NCBI GenBank assembly: GCA_029856125.1
Contig: JAHQWJ010000120.1
Coordinates: forward strand, 160,001-224,000
Source of the DNA: Promethearchaeia archaeon
Lineage (GTDB): Archaea; Asgardarchaeota; Lokiarchaeia; Sigyniarchaeales; SOKP01
Reading direction: 5' to 3'
DNA: 64,000 nt
This document shows, in pieces, positions 38,938-49,185 of this stretch; position 1 is the stretch's first letter; each line of letters starts with the position of its first letter. Position numbers and translations under genes: made by a program. The notes beneath the pieces are model-generated. The model made no database searches. It had not been told where the DNA came from and worked only from the letters and a program-made list of their open reading frames with translations.

Positions 38938-39273
38938 TTATTCTGGTGGCTTGAGCCCTAAAATATCCATTGCTTCGATAACTGAGGACATGACTTCGAT
39001 CTGATATTTATAGCCTTCAATGCGCTCTGCGAAAAAAAGTAGCTGTTCATTTGCTTGGGCAAGATATTCTTTAAGTTTCCCTTCTTTTATTTCATCCGCG
39101 ATTACTACTTTGTATCCTTCTTTGGTTGCAGCGACAGCATTATTTAGGAGTCTCTTAGAAAGGGACTTATCTTCTGGAAATTTTTTCGAAGCTTCAATGA
39201 ACAATTTCCCTGTTTCAGAGGCTTTTGCATGAGGAAACCATACTGTAGTCATAACTATTACCATCAATATCAC
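38938..39273 (-). CDS. Small hypothetical protein
   Basis: 111-aa ORF preceded by AGGTG; ferredoxin-like beta-alpha-beta-beta-alpha-beta pattern. Confidence 0.6.
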   Translation of the reverse strand: MILMVIVMTTVWFPHAKASETGKLFIEASKKFPEDKSLSKRLLNNAVAATKEGYKVVIADEIKEGKLKEYLAQANEQLLFFAERIEGYKYQIEVMSSVIEAMDILGLKPPE

Positions 39274-39519
39274 CTTAAATAATTAATATTTTATTAGATT
39301 CGCATCATTTTTTGACAAAAATGACAATAAATAGATGTGTTTTATCTGTATAAAAATATTGCTGCGATTTCAGAAAAATTTTAGAAAAAATCTTGTAACA
39401 GTGTTAACCTATATATTCCAATGCAAATTAATAGAAATTAATCATTTCAATAGGTTTTTACAAAATTAAGTACTTTTTTTTATCGTATAATTAAGAACAA
39501 ATAGAGATGTAATTTTAAA

Positions 39520-39978
39520 ATGAAAATAGAAGAAACAGAAAGAATTGGGAAAATCTGGTTTGAAGATATGTGGAGTAAACCAGATTTCGAAATAGCAGAT
39601 AGAATTATTGATCCAAATTATAAACCTGATTGGATTCACATTGATGCTATTGGCTCCGCTCTTGTGAAACACGAAATCGATCATTTTCGTTCAATTTTTT
39701 CAGATTTAGAACAAAAAGTAATTGAAATAAAAGGCGAAGAAAATAAGGTGTGGGTAAGGTATAAAGCCCACGCAACTCACATGGGTGATGCTTGGGGTTT
39801 TAAACCCACAAATAAAGAAGTTGATTTTGAAGCTGCGGCTATTTTGTACATTAATGAAAAGGGAAAAGTATACGATATGTGGGAAGCATATTGCTTTTAT
39901 GATATACTCACTAGTATGGGATTAGTTCCACCATTTTGGGAGTTACACAAATTTATTTTGGATTATAAATCAAAATAA
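39520..39978 (+). CDS. SnoaL-like ester cyclase (NTF2 fold)
   Basis: FSDL...EENKVWVRY..ATHMG...GFKPTNK. Confidence 0.8.
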   Translation: MKIEETERIGKIWFEDMWSKPDFEIADRIIDPNYKPDWIHIDAIGSALVKHEIDHFRSIFSDLEQKVIEIKGEENKVWVRYKAHATHMGDAWGFKPTNKEVDFEAAAILYINEKGKVYDMWEAYCFYDILTSMGLVPPFWELHKFILDYKSK

Positions 39979-40013
39979 AAAATATCAGTAATATGCTGCT
40001 CTCTTTAATAAAC

Positions 40014-41123
40014 TCATTCAATACAACCAGAATTTACTATTGAATTATAGTTTTCTCTGGTTTTCTTTGCATCATGCCCTGAACAAACCATTTGGCAAAA
40101 ACCGCAACTAGCTCGAAAATCTTCCACGGGTTTATCATTACGACCTATATATGAATTTTCAACTAGTCTATATACGTTTTCAGCTTCAGCACCACCCTTC
40201 TCAACAGCTTTAGCAAACATATTTTGAACATAACTTGCAACAGTATCATCAAGAGGAAGTCGTTCTATATCGTCGAACCGAAAGGGTGACCAAGTTGACC
40301 ATTCTTTAAACTTATTTTGTCCGGACATACCGGTACAAACAGCAATACAATAAGCATAATTATTTCGTTTAGCTATAGTCTCTTCAATTCCTGCAATAAT
40401 TATGGTTTCTTCATCATCTTTTGCAAAAAATCCTCCTTGACACGATTTTTCGCAGAGTCTACAGTTGACACACGGATTTTCTGCTAAAGGTTTATCAGCT
40501 TTTAATTTAGCCGTTGTAATAATCGAATTCAATAATACTCTTGCTCCATAATTTTCAGTGATTAAATTTCCACTCCATCCAATCCTTCCCACACCCGAAG
40601 CCACAGCAACACACCTGTGTGATAGAGAAGGTACAAGATTCATAGGCGTTTTTCTCAGGCCACCTAGCATCAACTTTTTCAATGAAGAAAGTGTTTTTTT
40701 TTCTTTTTCTGTTAGTTCCACGCTCTCATCTTTCTCTTTGTTTATTAGATCAATTAATGTTCTTAGCGTAGAAACTATAATTTTACCTTTAGTACCAATA
40801 TTTCTATAATCGTAATTACAATCGCAATTATATGCTTCAAAACCTTTTTCCTCGAGAAATAGTTTAATTTTTTCAGCTATTTTTTTCAGCTTCTTAGTAT
40901 TAAGACCTTCTTCAAGAAGCAATGGGTTATGATCTTCTTTAGAAAGGTATTTTTTTACTGCATCATCACTAAACTTCATAGCAATACTTATTACAGATTG
41001 AGCTCCGGGTAATAAAAAGTTTGGGTTAGAAAAATCTTTATCTTTAATACTATCGGCAGAGCAAATACCTACCAAATCCGCACCAACTTCTAAGGCTAGC
41101 TTTTTAATTTCTCCTTCAATCAT
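40014..41123 (-). CDS. QueG / reductive dehalogenase-like cobalamin Fe-S protein
   Basis: GADLVGI, SHRCVAVASGVGRIGWSG, CVNCRLCEKSC, CGFCQMVC. Confidence 0.8.
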   Translation of the reverse strand: MIEGEIKKLALEVGADLVGICSADSIKDKDFSNPNFLLPGAQSVISIAMKFSDDAVKKYLSKEDHNPLLLEEGLNTKKLKKIAEKIKLFLEEKGFEAYNCDCNYDYRNIGTKGKIIVSTLRTLIDLINKEKDESVELTEKEKKTLSSLKKLMLGGLRKTPMNLVPSLSHRCVAVASGVGRIGWSGNLITENYGARVLLNSIITTAKLKADKPLAENPCVNCRLCEKSCQGGFFAKDDEETIIIAGIEETIAKRNNYAYCIAVCTGMSGQNKFKEWSTWSPFRFDDIERLPLDDTVASYVQNMFAKAVEKGGAEAENVYRLVENSYIGRNDKPVEDFRASCGFCQMVCSGHDAKKTRENYNSIVNSGCIE

Positions 41124-41191
41124 AATAACTCACATAATGTAATTAATCAAATGATATAAAAAAAATTATTTTATTATCCAATTTTAATAAT

Positions 41192-42709
41192 TTAGCTGCT
41201 TGCTTGCCTTCTTGGAATTTTTGATTGAGCTTTTAAATTTTCATGCAATACCTTTGTTACTAGTCTTTCCTTTAAATCTCTATCCTTATCCCACAAATTA
41301 TTTAATTCATCGTGGTCATTTATACGATCATAAATATCGCCAACATCTTCTAAACCTGCATATACTGTGATTTTATGAGTTTCTGTAATTAAATGCCTTA
41401 AACGTATCGTTAATGATCCAAATTCTTCATCTTCCTCTACTAAGCAGCTATCTCTTACTTTTTCCTCGGGATTTTTCAGTACCGGTGTAAGATCAACTCC
41501 TTGAATAAATGGAGAATGAAGTCGGCTACGAATGTTTGTTAAATTTAAGATAGTTTTTGCAAAATCAATCGAGCTAGCTAAAGAATTTGTAATGCTTCCA
41601 GGTGTAGTTATTCCTGGAACTCTCATAATCAAAGGAACATTCAAAACCCCATTAAATGGCGAAGGTCCTTTATAAATCATACCGTGATCTCCCATTAAAT
41701 CCCCATGATCACTAGTATAAATTACTATTGTGTTTTCTGCATATCCCAATTTTTCTATACTTGCGAGAATTTTTCCAATAGCATTATCAATTAATGAAAT
41801 TGAACCATAGGTTAAGCGGATAAATTCCTTTACTTCATTTTCATCAGATTCTCGAAGCATAGCTCCACGAAAAAGTGGATTTTTTATTAATGGGCCTAAA
41901 AACTTATGGTTATATATATTTTTAATATCAGAAAAGGTAGAAGGGAGATTAATCTCATCAGGTTTGTACATATCCTTATATTCACCCGGAGGACAGACGG
42001 GATGATGGGGGTCTGGAATGGAACAACAGAGAAAGAATGGTTTTTCTCCAAATTCTCCTTTTGAATGTTTTTCTAAAAATTTTATGGTTCTCTCTTGACA
42101 ATATGTAGTTGGATAATGCTCAACAGCCATATCGCTTTCATAATAGACTTGGTCAAAAAATTTTAATGATAATCTTTTACGCATCCAGGCTGTAGCTCCT
42201 GGACGTAATTCCTCTAACCAATCTAAATAATTTCCGCCACATAAATCACCGTGACCTAAAGTAATTTCACTTTCTTCAAAGCCATAATATGGTTTAGGAA
42301 AGTTTTCTTTTGCATCCTTTGATGTTTCTTTACCCATCCAATCTGCTATCATTTCGACAGATTTTGTTTTTCGTTTAAAAGGGGGGATATAAAACTGTAG
42401 ATGCATTTTACCTACATTATGAGTAATATAACCGCTTTTTCGCATAGCTTCAACAAAGGTTTCAACGGTATCTGGTAAATTTATACCATTGCTTCGGCAA
42501 CCATGAACGTTAGGATAAACTCCCGTAAAAATAGACGATCTATTTGGCATACACATTGGGTTAGCGCAAAAAGCATTTGTAAATCTAATCCCTTCTTTAG
42601 CTAGTCTATCTAAGTTGGGTGTTTTCACAACAGGATTCCCTGAACAGCTCATATGATCAGCTCGATGCTGATCTGTCATTATAAATAAAACATTCATATT
42701 TTTACTCAT
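41192..42709 (-). CDS. Sulfatase (formylglycine-dependent, Cys-type)
   Basis: TDQHR, CMPNR (CxPxR), GKMH, DPHHP, SDHG. Confidence 0.92.
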   Translation of the reverse strand: MSKNMNVLFIMTDQHRADHMSCSGNPVVKTPNLDRLAKEGIRFTNAFCANPMCMPNRSSIFTGVYPNVHGCRSNGINLPDTVETFVEAMRKSGYITHNVGKMHLQFYIPPFKRKTKSVEMIADWMGKETSKDAKENFPKPYYGFEESEITLGHGDLCGGNYLDWLEELRPGATAWMRKRLSLKFFDQVYYESDMAVEHYPTTYCQERTIKFLEKHSKGEFGEKPFFLCCSIPDPHHPVCPPGEYKDMYKPDEINLPSTFSDIKNIYNHKFLGPLIKNPLFRGAMLRESDENEVKEFIRLTYGSISLIDNAIGKILASIEKLGYAENTIVIYTSDHGDLMGDHGMIYKGPSPFNGVLNVPLIMRVPGITTPGSITNSLASSIDFAKTILNLTNIRSRLHSPFIQGVDLTPVLKNPEEKVRDSCLVEEDEEFGSLTIRLRHLITETHKITVYAGLEDVGDIYDRINDHDELNNLWDKDRDLKERLVTKVLHENLKAQSKIPRRQASS

Positions 42710-42734
42710 TTTATATCCTTCTCTCTCTATTTTT

Positions 42735-43883
42735 TTAAGGCATCATTGAAGTTGAACCAGATTTTCTCCTTATTCTATTCTTATAATCTTTTCTATACCA
42801 TCTTTGTCTCTTTAGTGGCATTTTTTCAAACTCTTCCTTTGCTTTATCTGGAGGGAATACTTCTAAAGTCCCATCTTCTCTCTGAATAACACAACCAGAA
42901 TTAACGAGTATTTTATAGTTTTTTGCAGTTTCTTTAGGATCGCCCCAACATATTATTTGGCAATTACCACATGAAAGTTGAACTACGTCGTTCTTAGTCT
43001 CTTCTGTTGGCAGTGAAGACGCTCCTTTACCTCCAGAAAATGAGGCTGGAATGTATCCTTTTGAAGAATCTTTAATTAAAGGTCTTTTCCTCTGACCAGC
43101 CATAGCTGCGGTTAAAGCTCTTGTTACTTCCATCGGGTTTTCTGGATAGTCGTATCGTCCTGGAGAGAATGTTGAAAATTTTCCGGATTTATGTAATCCA
43201 TTAAATCCACCACATGTTAGAACACATCGTAATTTATTTATGCGCTTCGAATAAGAAAATGTGTGACCTCCAAGAGTAACTTCTACTTTTTCATCAAGAG
43301 AAAACATCTGAAAAGCACAAACTTTTGTGCAGATTTTACACTCATCGCAAAATGATTCTGATTCTGGAATAGGATCTGTAGGTTCAAGTTTCGCATTAGT
43401 TATTGTTCCTCCTAAAATTATTACTGTTCCGTATCCTTTTATTCCTACATTACCTGACCAACCAAACGAGGCAACTCCAGATCGTACAGCAAGATATCTT
43501 AATGAAATCTCTGGAGGCAAAGTTATATTCCAACTAGGATCATCCTCTCTATACTTATTATTTGCTATAACGCTTGCTGCTTCATATCCCTTTTCCACTA
43601 AGAATTTAACTATTATTCTAGACATACTACTTGACTTAATATTTGTTTCGATGTTATCCTTTTCATGATCTCCCCTAGCATTGGCATGTGTCTTTCCTAA
43701 ATAAGGTCGAATTAAATCCATTTACATTGGAATTGCCCAACAAACAGCACTTTGAGCACTTGGAAGTAAATATTTCAAGTTCGCTCCTTCTGGACCACCT
43801 GATAAAGTTTCAAGAGTTACAAAACCAACTCGGATAGCCCCTAATTCTTTCAATTTTTGTTCAAGTTCTTCATTCAAAGTCAT
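42735..43883 (-). pseudogene. QueG / reductive dehalogenase-like gene interrupted by an in-frame TAA (or a sequencing error)
   Basis: Homologous N-terminus MTLNEELEQKLKELGAIRVGFV...AIPM starts at ATG 43883 after AGGTGA; TAA at 43722-24; the frame continues MDLIRP...CDECKICTKVC...CGNCQIIC. Confidence 0.75.
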
Positions 43884-43969
43884 GACTATAATATCACCTT
43901 TAAATTTTATTTTAATCTTTTAATTCTTAAATATATCTCCCTATCTCTACTGTAGTGAAATAACAATTG

Positions 43970-44821
43970 TTATGTTTCATTCAATTTTTTATCTATTACT
44001 TCTCGCATGTACCGAAAACCGGGTGTTAAATTTTCGTCCAATTTTGGAAGTATTTGCCTTAATGGAAACTTTAAACCTTGACCTGCCCCTGTTTGAAATA
44101 AATTCTCCAATACATAAAAAATAAAGTTAGCAGGCATTCCAATTCCCAATTCGTGATCTTGAATTCCTGCAAATGAGCGATCTCCCGTTCCTGGAATAAC
44201 AATCTGGGCTTTTCGAGTAATAAACGGCATGAGTCCCCCCTTTCCACAACTTTCACCAAAACCTTCGAACATTGATTGTATTCTATACTTTCTTCTATGT
44301 TCATAATTCAAAGCATTAATAATATATGTTAACTTCGGGCCATCACAATAAATCATTACGGCATCCGGAATGACTGGAGTTTCCATTAACGGTGAAACAA
44401 TTACTCCACGATACGCTAACTCAATTATATTCTTAAAATTATTCGCATAAATATGTTCTGCTCTTCTTTTCTCAGCTTGAATATCTTTTGACCATTTTTG
44501 ACGCACCTGAGACTCGCTAAATTCTTCCATTGAGAGAGGAACCCATCCGTGGGCAACGGATGACGGTGTGCAAAAATTATCAGCTGCAGTAATGCACAAC
44601 TTATGCCTAAACCTTCGTGCATAAGTAAATGCTTGACAAATAGACATTTTTTCTCCGCTATCAATTGGCCTTCTAACTCCCGCAGGAATTTCCTTTTCAA
44701 TATCTTTTATGTATTTTATTGATATAGGATAAGAATCAAGATGTAATTCATGAAATATTTCTACACCAGCTTTTTGATAATCCTCTAAAGTCTCATTTTT
44801 ATTACTCATTTCAAATTTCAC
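43970..44821 (-). CDS. DUF169 family protein
   Basis: PISIKY, SICQA..AR, FC, ESCG, PGTGDR. Confidence 0.75.
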   Translation of the reverse strand: MKFEMSNKNETLEDYQKAGVEIFHELHLDSYPISIKYIKDIEKEIPAGVRRPIDSGEKMSICQAFTYARRFRHKLCITAADNFCTPSSVAHGWVPLSMEEFSESQVRQKWSKDIQAEKRRAEHIYANNFKNIIELAYRGVIVSPLMETPVIPDAVMIYCDGPKLTYIINALNYEHRRKYRIQSMFEGFGESCGKGGLMPFITRKAQIVIPGTGDRSFAGIQDHELGIGMPANFIFYVLENLFQTGAGQGLKFPLRQILPKLDENLTPGFRYMREVIDKKLNET

Positions 44822-44884
44822 CTTTCATTTTTACTTTTAGCTTATTTTTTAATCTACATTTCTGGAGCTTGAATTTTAAGATTT

Positions 44885-46681
44885 TTAAATCGGTTTACCT
44901 TGAGCATCCCACCCTCTAATTTGGTAATATTTTTCTAATAAATCTTCTAAGGGAGGAATATTTTTTTTAGTTCCACCTTTTTCAAGGGGTGTATAAAATC
45001 TCTTCCCAAAATTATCGTCAGCTTTAGTGATCCCGCATTTAACATTAAAAACTCTTTTCATTCTAATGATTTCTTGTCCTGCTTTCATGAAATCATCAAC
45101 TGTGTATGCTCTTCCAGTAATTCCATTAAGACCATTTATCCAAGGTGTGAGTTTGTGGATGAACCAGAACCCAAATATGCATCCACCACTGGCAGAATAC
45201 GCCTCGCTGGCATCTTGAATCTTTATTACAGCTTCAGCAACAACTTTCCCCGTTTCAAAACGATCGACTTGTTCGGTTAAACCTATTTCCTCTTTTTGAT
45301 TCATATAGGAAGATAAATGCATCGGTTCATAACAATGGTATGCACCTCGAGGTGTTGTAGCGTAATCTAATGCCGTTAGATTATTGGTTCGAGGTTCATG
45401 AGCAGGAATCTCGAGTCCTTTTCCGTGCATTGAGAGTTCTTCTGGCAATCCCTTTGCTTCACAAAAAGACCTCACTCCCTCAGCTAAATCATCTCCAATT
45501 CCATCTCGATAAGCGATTTTAGCGAAGAGTTTTTCTATAGGTGCAATTGCACCCCAAATATTTTCTTCAGTAAATCCAAATTCATCTAAATTAACATCAA
45601 TTAACTTTCTATCAATAGATTCAAGAAAACATCCTATAACTGCTCCAAGACTAATTGAATCCAGACCAAGATCATTGACTATTAAATTCCATTTGATAAT
45701 CGCCTCTAAGTCGTTAACCATTAAATTAGAACCTAACATTCCTAATGTCTCATACTCTGGGCGAGTTACCCATTCTCCCTCATATTCCACGAATCCCCTG
45801 CAAGCCGTTGGACAATTAAAACAACCATGCATTTTAACTTCTCCTCTTGCTTGTAACGCTTTTGCTCCAATTTTTTTAATCCCAATCCATCTTCCCTCGG
45901 TATAGTTCTTAATAATAATATCTCCTACACTAGCCATGGAATCTATGTGGACCGGTGTACCTGAATCTGCCATTACCATCCCTAATCCGGATGTCTTTAA
46001 TAATTCTCTAAGTTCCTTAGCTGCATTATTTACTTTATCTTTATCTTGAACGGGAACTTTACCCGTACCCTGAACTGCAATGGCTTTTAAGTTCTTGCTA
46101 CCCATTACAGCTCCCATTCCGCAACGTCCAGCTGCGTGATGCTTGTCGTTGATTATGCACGCGTATTTGACTAAATTTTCTCCAGCAGGTCCAATAGCAG
46201 CTACTTTTATTTTATCGTTTCCAAGCAACTCTTTTACTTTTTCATTAGTTTCTTGCGTTCCTTTTCCCCACAATTCAGAAGCATCCTTTATTTCTACTAC
46301 TCCGTCATTTATCCATAGAAAAACCGGACTTTGACTTTTTCCTTTAATGATTACTACATCATACCCTGCAGATTTAAGTTCCTTACCAAAAAACCCTCCT
46401 GAAGACGCTTCACCCAGAATTTTAGTTAGCGGCGATTTTGCTGTAATAAAATATCGACCACAGAAAGGAACAGCCGTGCCGCAAAATGGACCGACTGAGA
46501 AGATCATAAGATTATTCCCATCAAACGGATCAACGTCGGGATCTACCTCTCGCGTGAAGATCGCAGTTGCTAAACCCATTCCACCAATTAAAGATATTTC
46601 ATCTTCATTAGTATAATCTTCATGTTCAATGATTTTTGTTTCTAAATCTATTCTTAAAATTTTTGCGATTTTTACAACCAA
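44885..46681 (-). CDS. aor: Aldehyde:ferredoxin oxidoreductase (W/Mo AOR family)
   Basis: KSPLT, GPAGEN, AAGRCGMGAVMGSKNLKA, CFNCPTAC, PEYET, DLGLDSIS. Confidence 0.93.
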   Translation of the reverse strand: MVVKIAKILRIDLETKIIEHEDYTNEDEISLIGGMGLATAIFTREVDPDVDPFDGNNLMIFSVGPFCGTAVPFCGRYFITAKSPLTKILGEASSGGFFGKELKSAGYDVVIIKGKSQSPVFLWINDGVVEIKDASELWGKGTQETNEKVKELLGNDKIKVAAIGPAGENLVKYACIINDKHHAAGRCGMGAVMGSKNLKAIAVQGTGKVPVQDKDKVNNAAKELRELLKTSGLGMVMADSGTPVHIDSMASVGDIIIKNYTEGRWIGIKKIGAKALQARGEVKMHGCFNCPTACRGFVEYEGEWVTRPEYETLGMLGSNLMVNDLEAIIKWNLIVNDLGLDSISLGAVIGCFLESIDRKLIDVNLDEFGFTEENIWGAIAPIEKLFAKIAYRDGIGDDLAEGVRSFCEAKGLPEELSMHGKGLEIPAHEPRTNNLTALDYATTPRGAYHCYEPMHLSSYMNQKEEIGLTEQVDRFETGKVVAEAVIKIQDASEAYSASGGCIFGFWFIHKLTPWINGLNGITGRAYTVDDFMKAGQEIIRMKRVFNVKCGITKADDNFGKRFYTPLEKGGTKKNIPPLEDLLEKYYQIRGWDAQGKPI

Positions 46682-46932
46682 TTTTTGCTTTTATTTAATT
46701 ATACTTAGTTCCATCTACATGTTATTTATAGGTTTTCAATTGATTATAGTGAGTCATAAATAGTGGTCTAAATCAAATATATTTCTTTTTTTTGCTCTAA
46801 TTTTTATATTATCAAAATAACCTCATCATAACATTTAAATAGATAAATATCTATATACATAACATAAACATATCTTTTAATATTAGAAAAGATGTTTGTA
46901 TAACAATTAATTTTTTAAAAAGGTGATATTGT

Positions 46933-47496
46933 ATGACAACTATTGCAGAAAAATTAATAAAAGAATTAAAAACAAAAGCTTTAACAATTCTTCAATTGAG
47001 TGAAATAATAGGGATTGAAGAACCTAAAATAAGGACTACAATTAATAGATTAAAAGAAAAAACCATAGTACAAGAGACAGGAATGTTTTTAGACAGATAT
47101 AAAATATATAAACTCTCAGACAAACTGTTAAATGCATCTTTCGTAATGAGAATGATAAAGAAGCTTGATGGCGTAAAAGCTGTCATTCTTATAAGTAGTG
47201 TTGATGGTGCACCAATAAGTAGTATACTTCCGGAAGGAATTAGTGAATCACGTTATGCAGCAATGGCTGTAGCTATGTTTAGTTTAATGGAAAGAGCATG
47301 CAAAGATACTAATAAAGGAAAATTTAAATTTTGTCATATTGAAGGAGAAGATGGAAAACTTCTTATCATTTCCTTTAATAAAGGGTTAATTTTGTCGATT
47401 TCATTCGATTCAACAGTAAATAATGACCTGATTTTGACATCTTATATCAAAATTATTGATTTGATAGGTAATTCTTTATCTGATTTAATTCAATAG
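46933..47496 (+). CDS. Winged-HTH + roadblock/LC7 (MglB-like) fusion protein
   Basis: LTILQLSEIIG..EPKIRTTINRL HTH; GVKAVILISSVDGAPISS..P...YAAMAVAM...HIEGEDGKLLI roadblock; AGGTGA RBS. Confidence 0.75.
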   Translation: MTTIAEKLIKELKTKALTILQLSEIIGIEEPKIRTTINRLKEKTIVQETGMFLDRYKIYKLSDKLLNASFVMRMIKKLDGVKAVILISSVDGAPISSILPEGISESRYAAMAVAMFSLMERACKDTNKGKFKFCHIEGEDGKLLIISFNKGLILSISFDSTVNNDLILTSYIKIIDLIGNSLSDLIQ

Positions 47497-47569
47497 AATT
47501 TTATTAAAAAAAAAAAAAAGATTTTAGAAATTTTGATAAAAAAACATTAAGAATTTGTTTGTTTGATCT

Positions 47570-49054
47570 CTAGTCGTTTTTATTTAATTTGTCATTTATA
47601 CCTGCAATCGCTTTAACCATGTTTTTACGGGCTTCAATGTCATATTGAGATGTAATTGCTATCTCTTCCATTACTGGACTTCCACCTCCATGGTAACCCC
47701 CTACCATATGAAGTCCTCCGGTTGCAGAGCATAGCATGTCTCCAACGTATCGCCATAATTGTGCTGCATTTTCGGGTGCTATCTTTGGATTTCTTGTAAT
47801 GTATTTATAGAGTTTATCCTTTAATTTAGGATTAACAAAGTCACGCTCGTGTGGAAATGTAGCCGGAATACCACCTGAAATATCCGTAATTATCTCTGCT
47901 TCACGAAATACATTCTCTCCAGTTAAGCATCTTCCAACATTGGCATAAATTGAGTTAGGAATAAAACTTCCTGGACCATAAGGCACTAGGCCCACACCAG
48001 GAACGTATACTTCGGATCCTCCTAGATCAGATGCGGTATATCCCGCGGCATAGCCAAGCTCCGTAACCAAGATTAATTCAGCCAATTTATGTCTTACATG
48101 TGAAGCTTTTGCGATATTATTGTATTCTGCAGCTAAAGCAGCTGTTCCAACCATAATCTCACCAATTGCAGGTTTGCATCCCGAATAGCTATGTCTGTGA
48201 AAAAGACCAAATAGTAAAGCGAGTGTTCCTCCATGTTGATGTTCACCGCACAAAAAGACTCTTTCCCAAGGTACGAATACATCATCAAAAATTAGATAGG
48301 AATCTGTAAATCCAGGCATAAAACCTCGAGGAAAATGTTCTCTTTCTCGTAAATTATGAATAGTTACTACTTGGCTTACTCCTTCATAATCGCCAGGTAC
48401 CGCGAATGCTACAGCATAATCTTTATCTTCTGGCCTTAGTGCTCTTGTAGGGATAACAAGTAGTTCGTCAGAAACAGAAGCTTCTGAAATGTGGAGTTTA
48501 CAACCTGCTACTATAATCCCGTCTTTTTTCTTTTCTACAACATGTACATACATATCAGGATCTACTTGATCAGCGGGTCGTTTGCTTCGATCCCCTTTTA
48601 CATCGGTTTGTGCGCCAGCCGCAACCAAATCTTCTTTTTGAAATCTTAACAACCATTTTTTAAAATTTTCATGGTAGTTAGTTTCATCCTTATTTATTTT
48701 ATCGCCCTCATACGAAACGTTGTATATGGCATTAGCAGCATCGCAACCCATGCATCGTTGAATACAACGTCCAACTTTCTGGCATAATTTACGCGTCATA
48801 TCTTGTTTTTTATGAAGATCATCAGTACTGTGGTGAATATGCGTAAATCGATTAATAATTTCACCTGTAAGATGAGATTTTACCTGAATCAAATCTTTAA
48901 ATTCTGGATCATCAAATACATCGAATGTAGTTCCAATTGTATTTAGACAAGGCATTTGAAGCGCATCTAATCTATCAATCTCTCTTCCATCATAATAAAG
49001 ATTTGATTTCATTCGACCTAAATCTTTAATGTACTGTTCTTTCGTTCTAACCAT
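47570..49054 (-). CDS. abfD: 4-hydroxybutyryl-CoA dehydratase (HpaB/AbfD family)
   Basis: CIQRC and HRHSYSGCK Fe-S ligands, QTDVKGDRS, HGGGSP. Confidence 0.82.
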   Translation of the reverse strand: MVRTKEQYIKDLGRMKSNLYYDGREIDRLDALQMPCLNTIGTTFDVFDDPEFKDLIQVKSHLTGEIINRFTHIHHSTDDLHKKQDMTRKLCQKVGRCIQRCMGCDAANAIYNVSYEGDKINKDETNYHENFKKWLLRFQKEDLVAAGAQTDVKGDRSKRPADQVDPDMYVHVVEKKKDGIIVAGCKLHISEASVSDELLVIPTRALRPEDKDYAVAFAVPGDYEGVSQVVTIHNLREREHFPRGFMPGFTDSYLIFDDVFVPWERVFLCGEHQHGGTLALLFGLFHRHSYSGCKPAIGEIMVGTAALAAEYNNIAKASHVRHKLAELILVTELGYAAGYTASDLGGSEVYVPGVGLVPYGPGSFIPNSIYANVGRCLTGENVFREAEIITDISGGIPATFPHERDFVNPKLKDKLYKYITRNPKIAPENAAQLWRYVGDMLCSATGGLHMVGGYHGGGSPVMEEIAITSQYDIEARKNMVKAIAGINDKLNKND

Positions 49055-49185
49055 TTTTTATCATTTCATTATTAATTTTTGGAAATAAATTTTTTTTCAA
49101 TATCTGTTATAATTTTTGATATTAAATAATAATAATTTAATACTTATCTTTAGGGTTTATCACTGGTGAAAAAGTTTTAAAAAGG

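Noticed and set aside
40005-40025. C-I-E-TGA-V-Y-TAA at the end of the dehalogenase-like gene, a possible CxxU
   Set aside because: The paralogue has no Cys at that position (SGCVIQ), and only about 25 nt separate it from the convergent gene, with no copy of the 3' element; treated as an ordinary stop
47570-49054. 4-hydroxyphenylacetate 3-monooxygenase call, or evidence for an autotrophic 4-hydroxybutyrate cycle
   Set aside because: The Fe-S ligands indicate the dehydratase, and no other cycle genes are in the window; fermentative use is equally plausible
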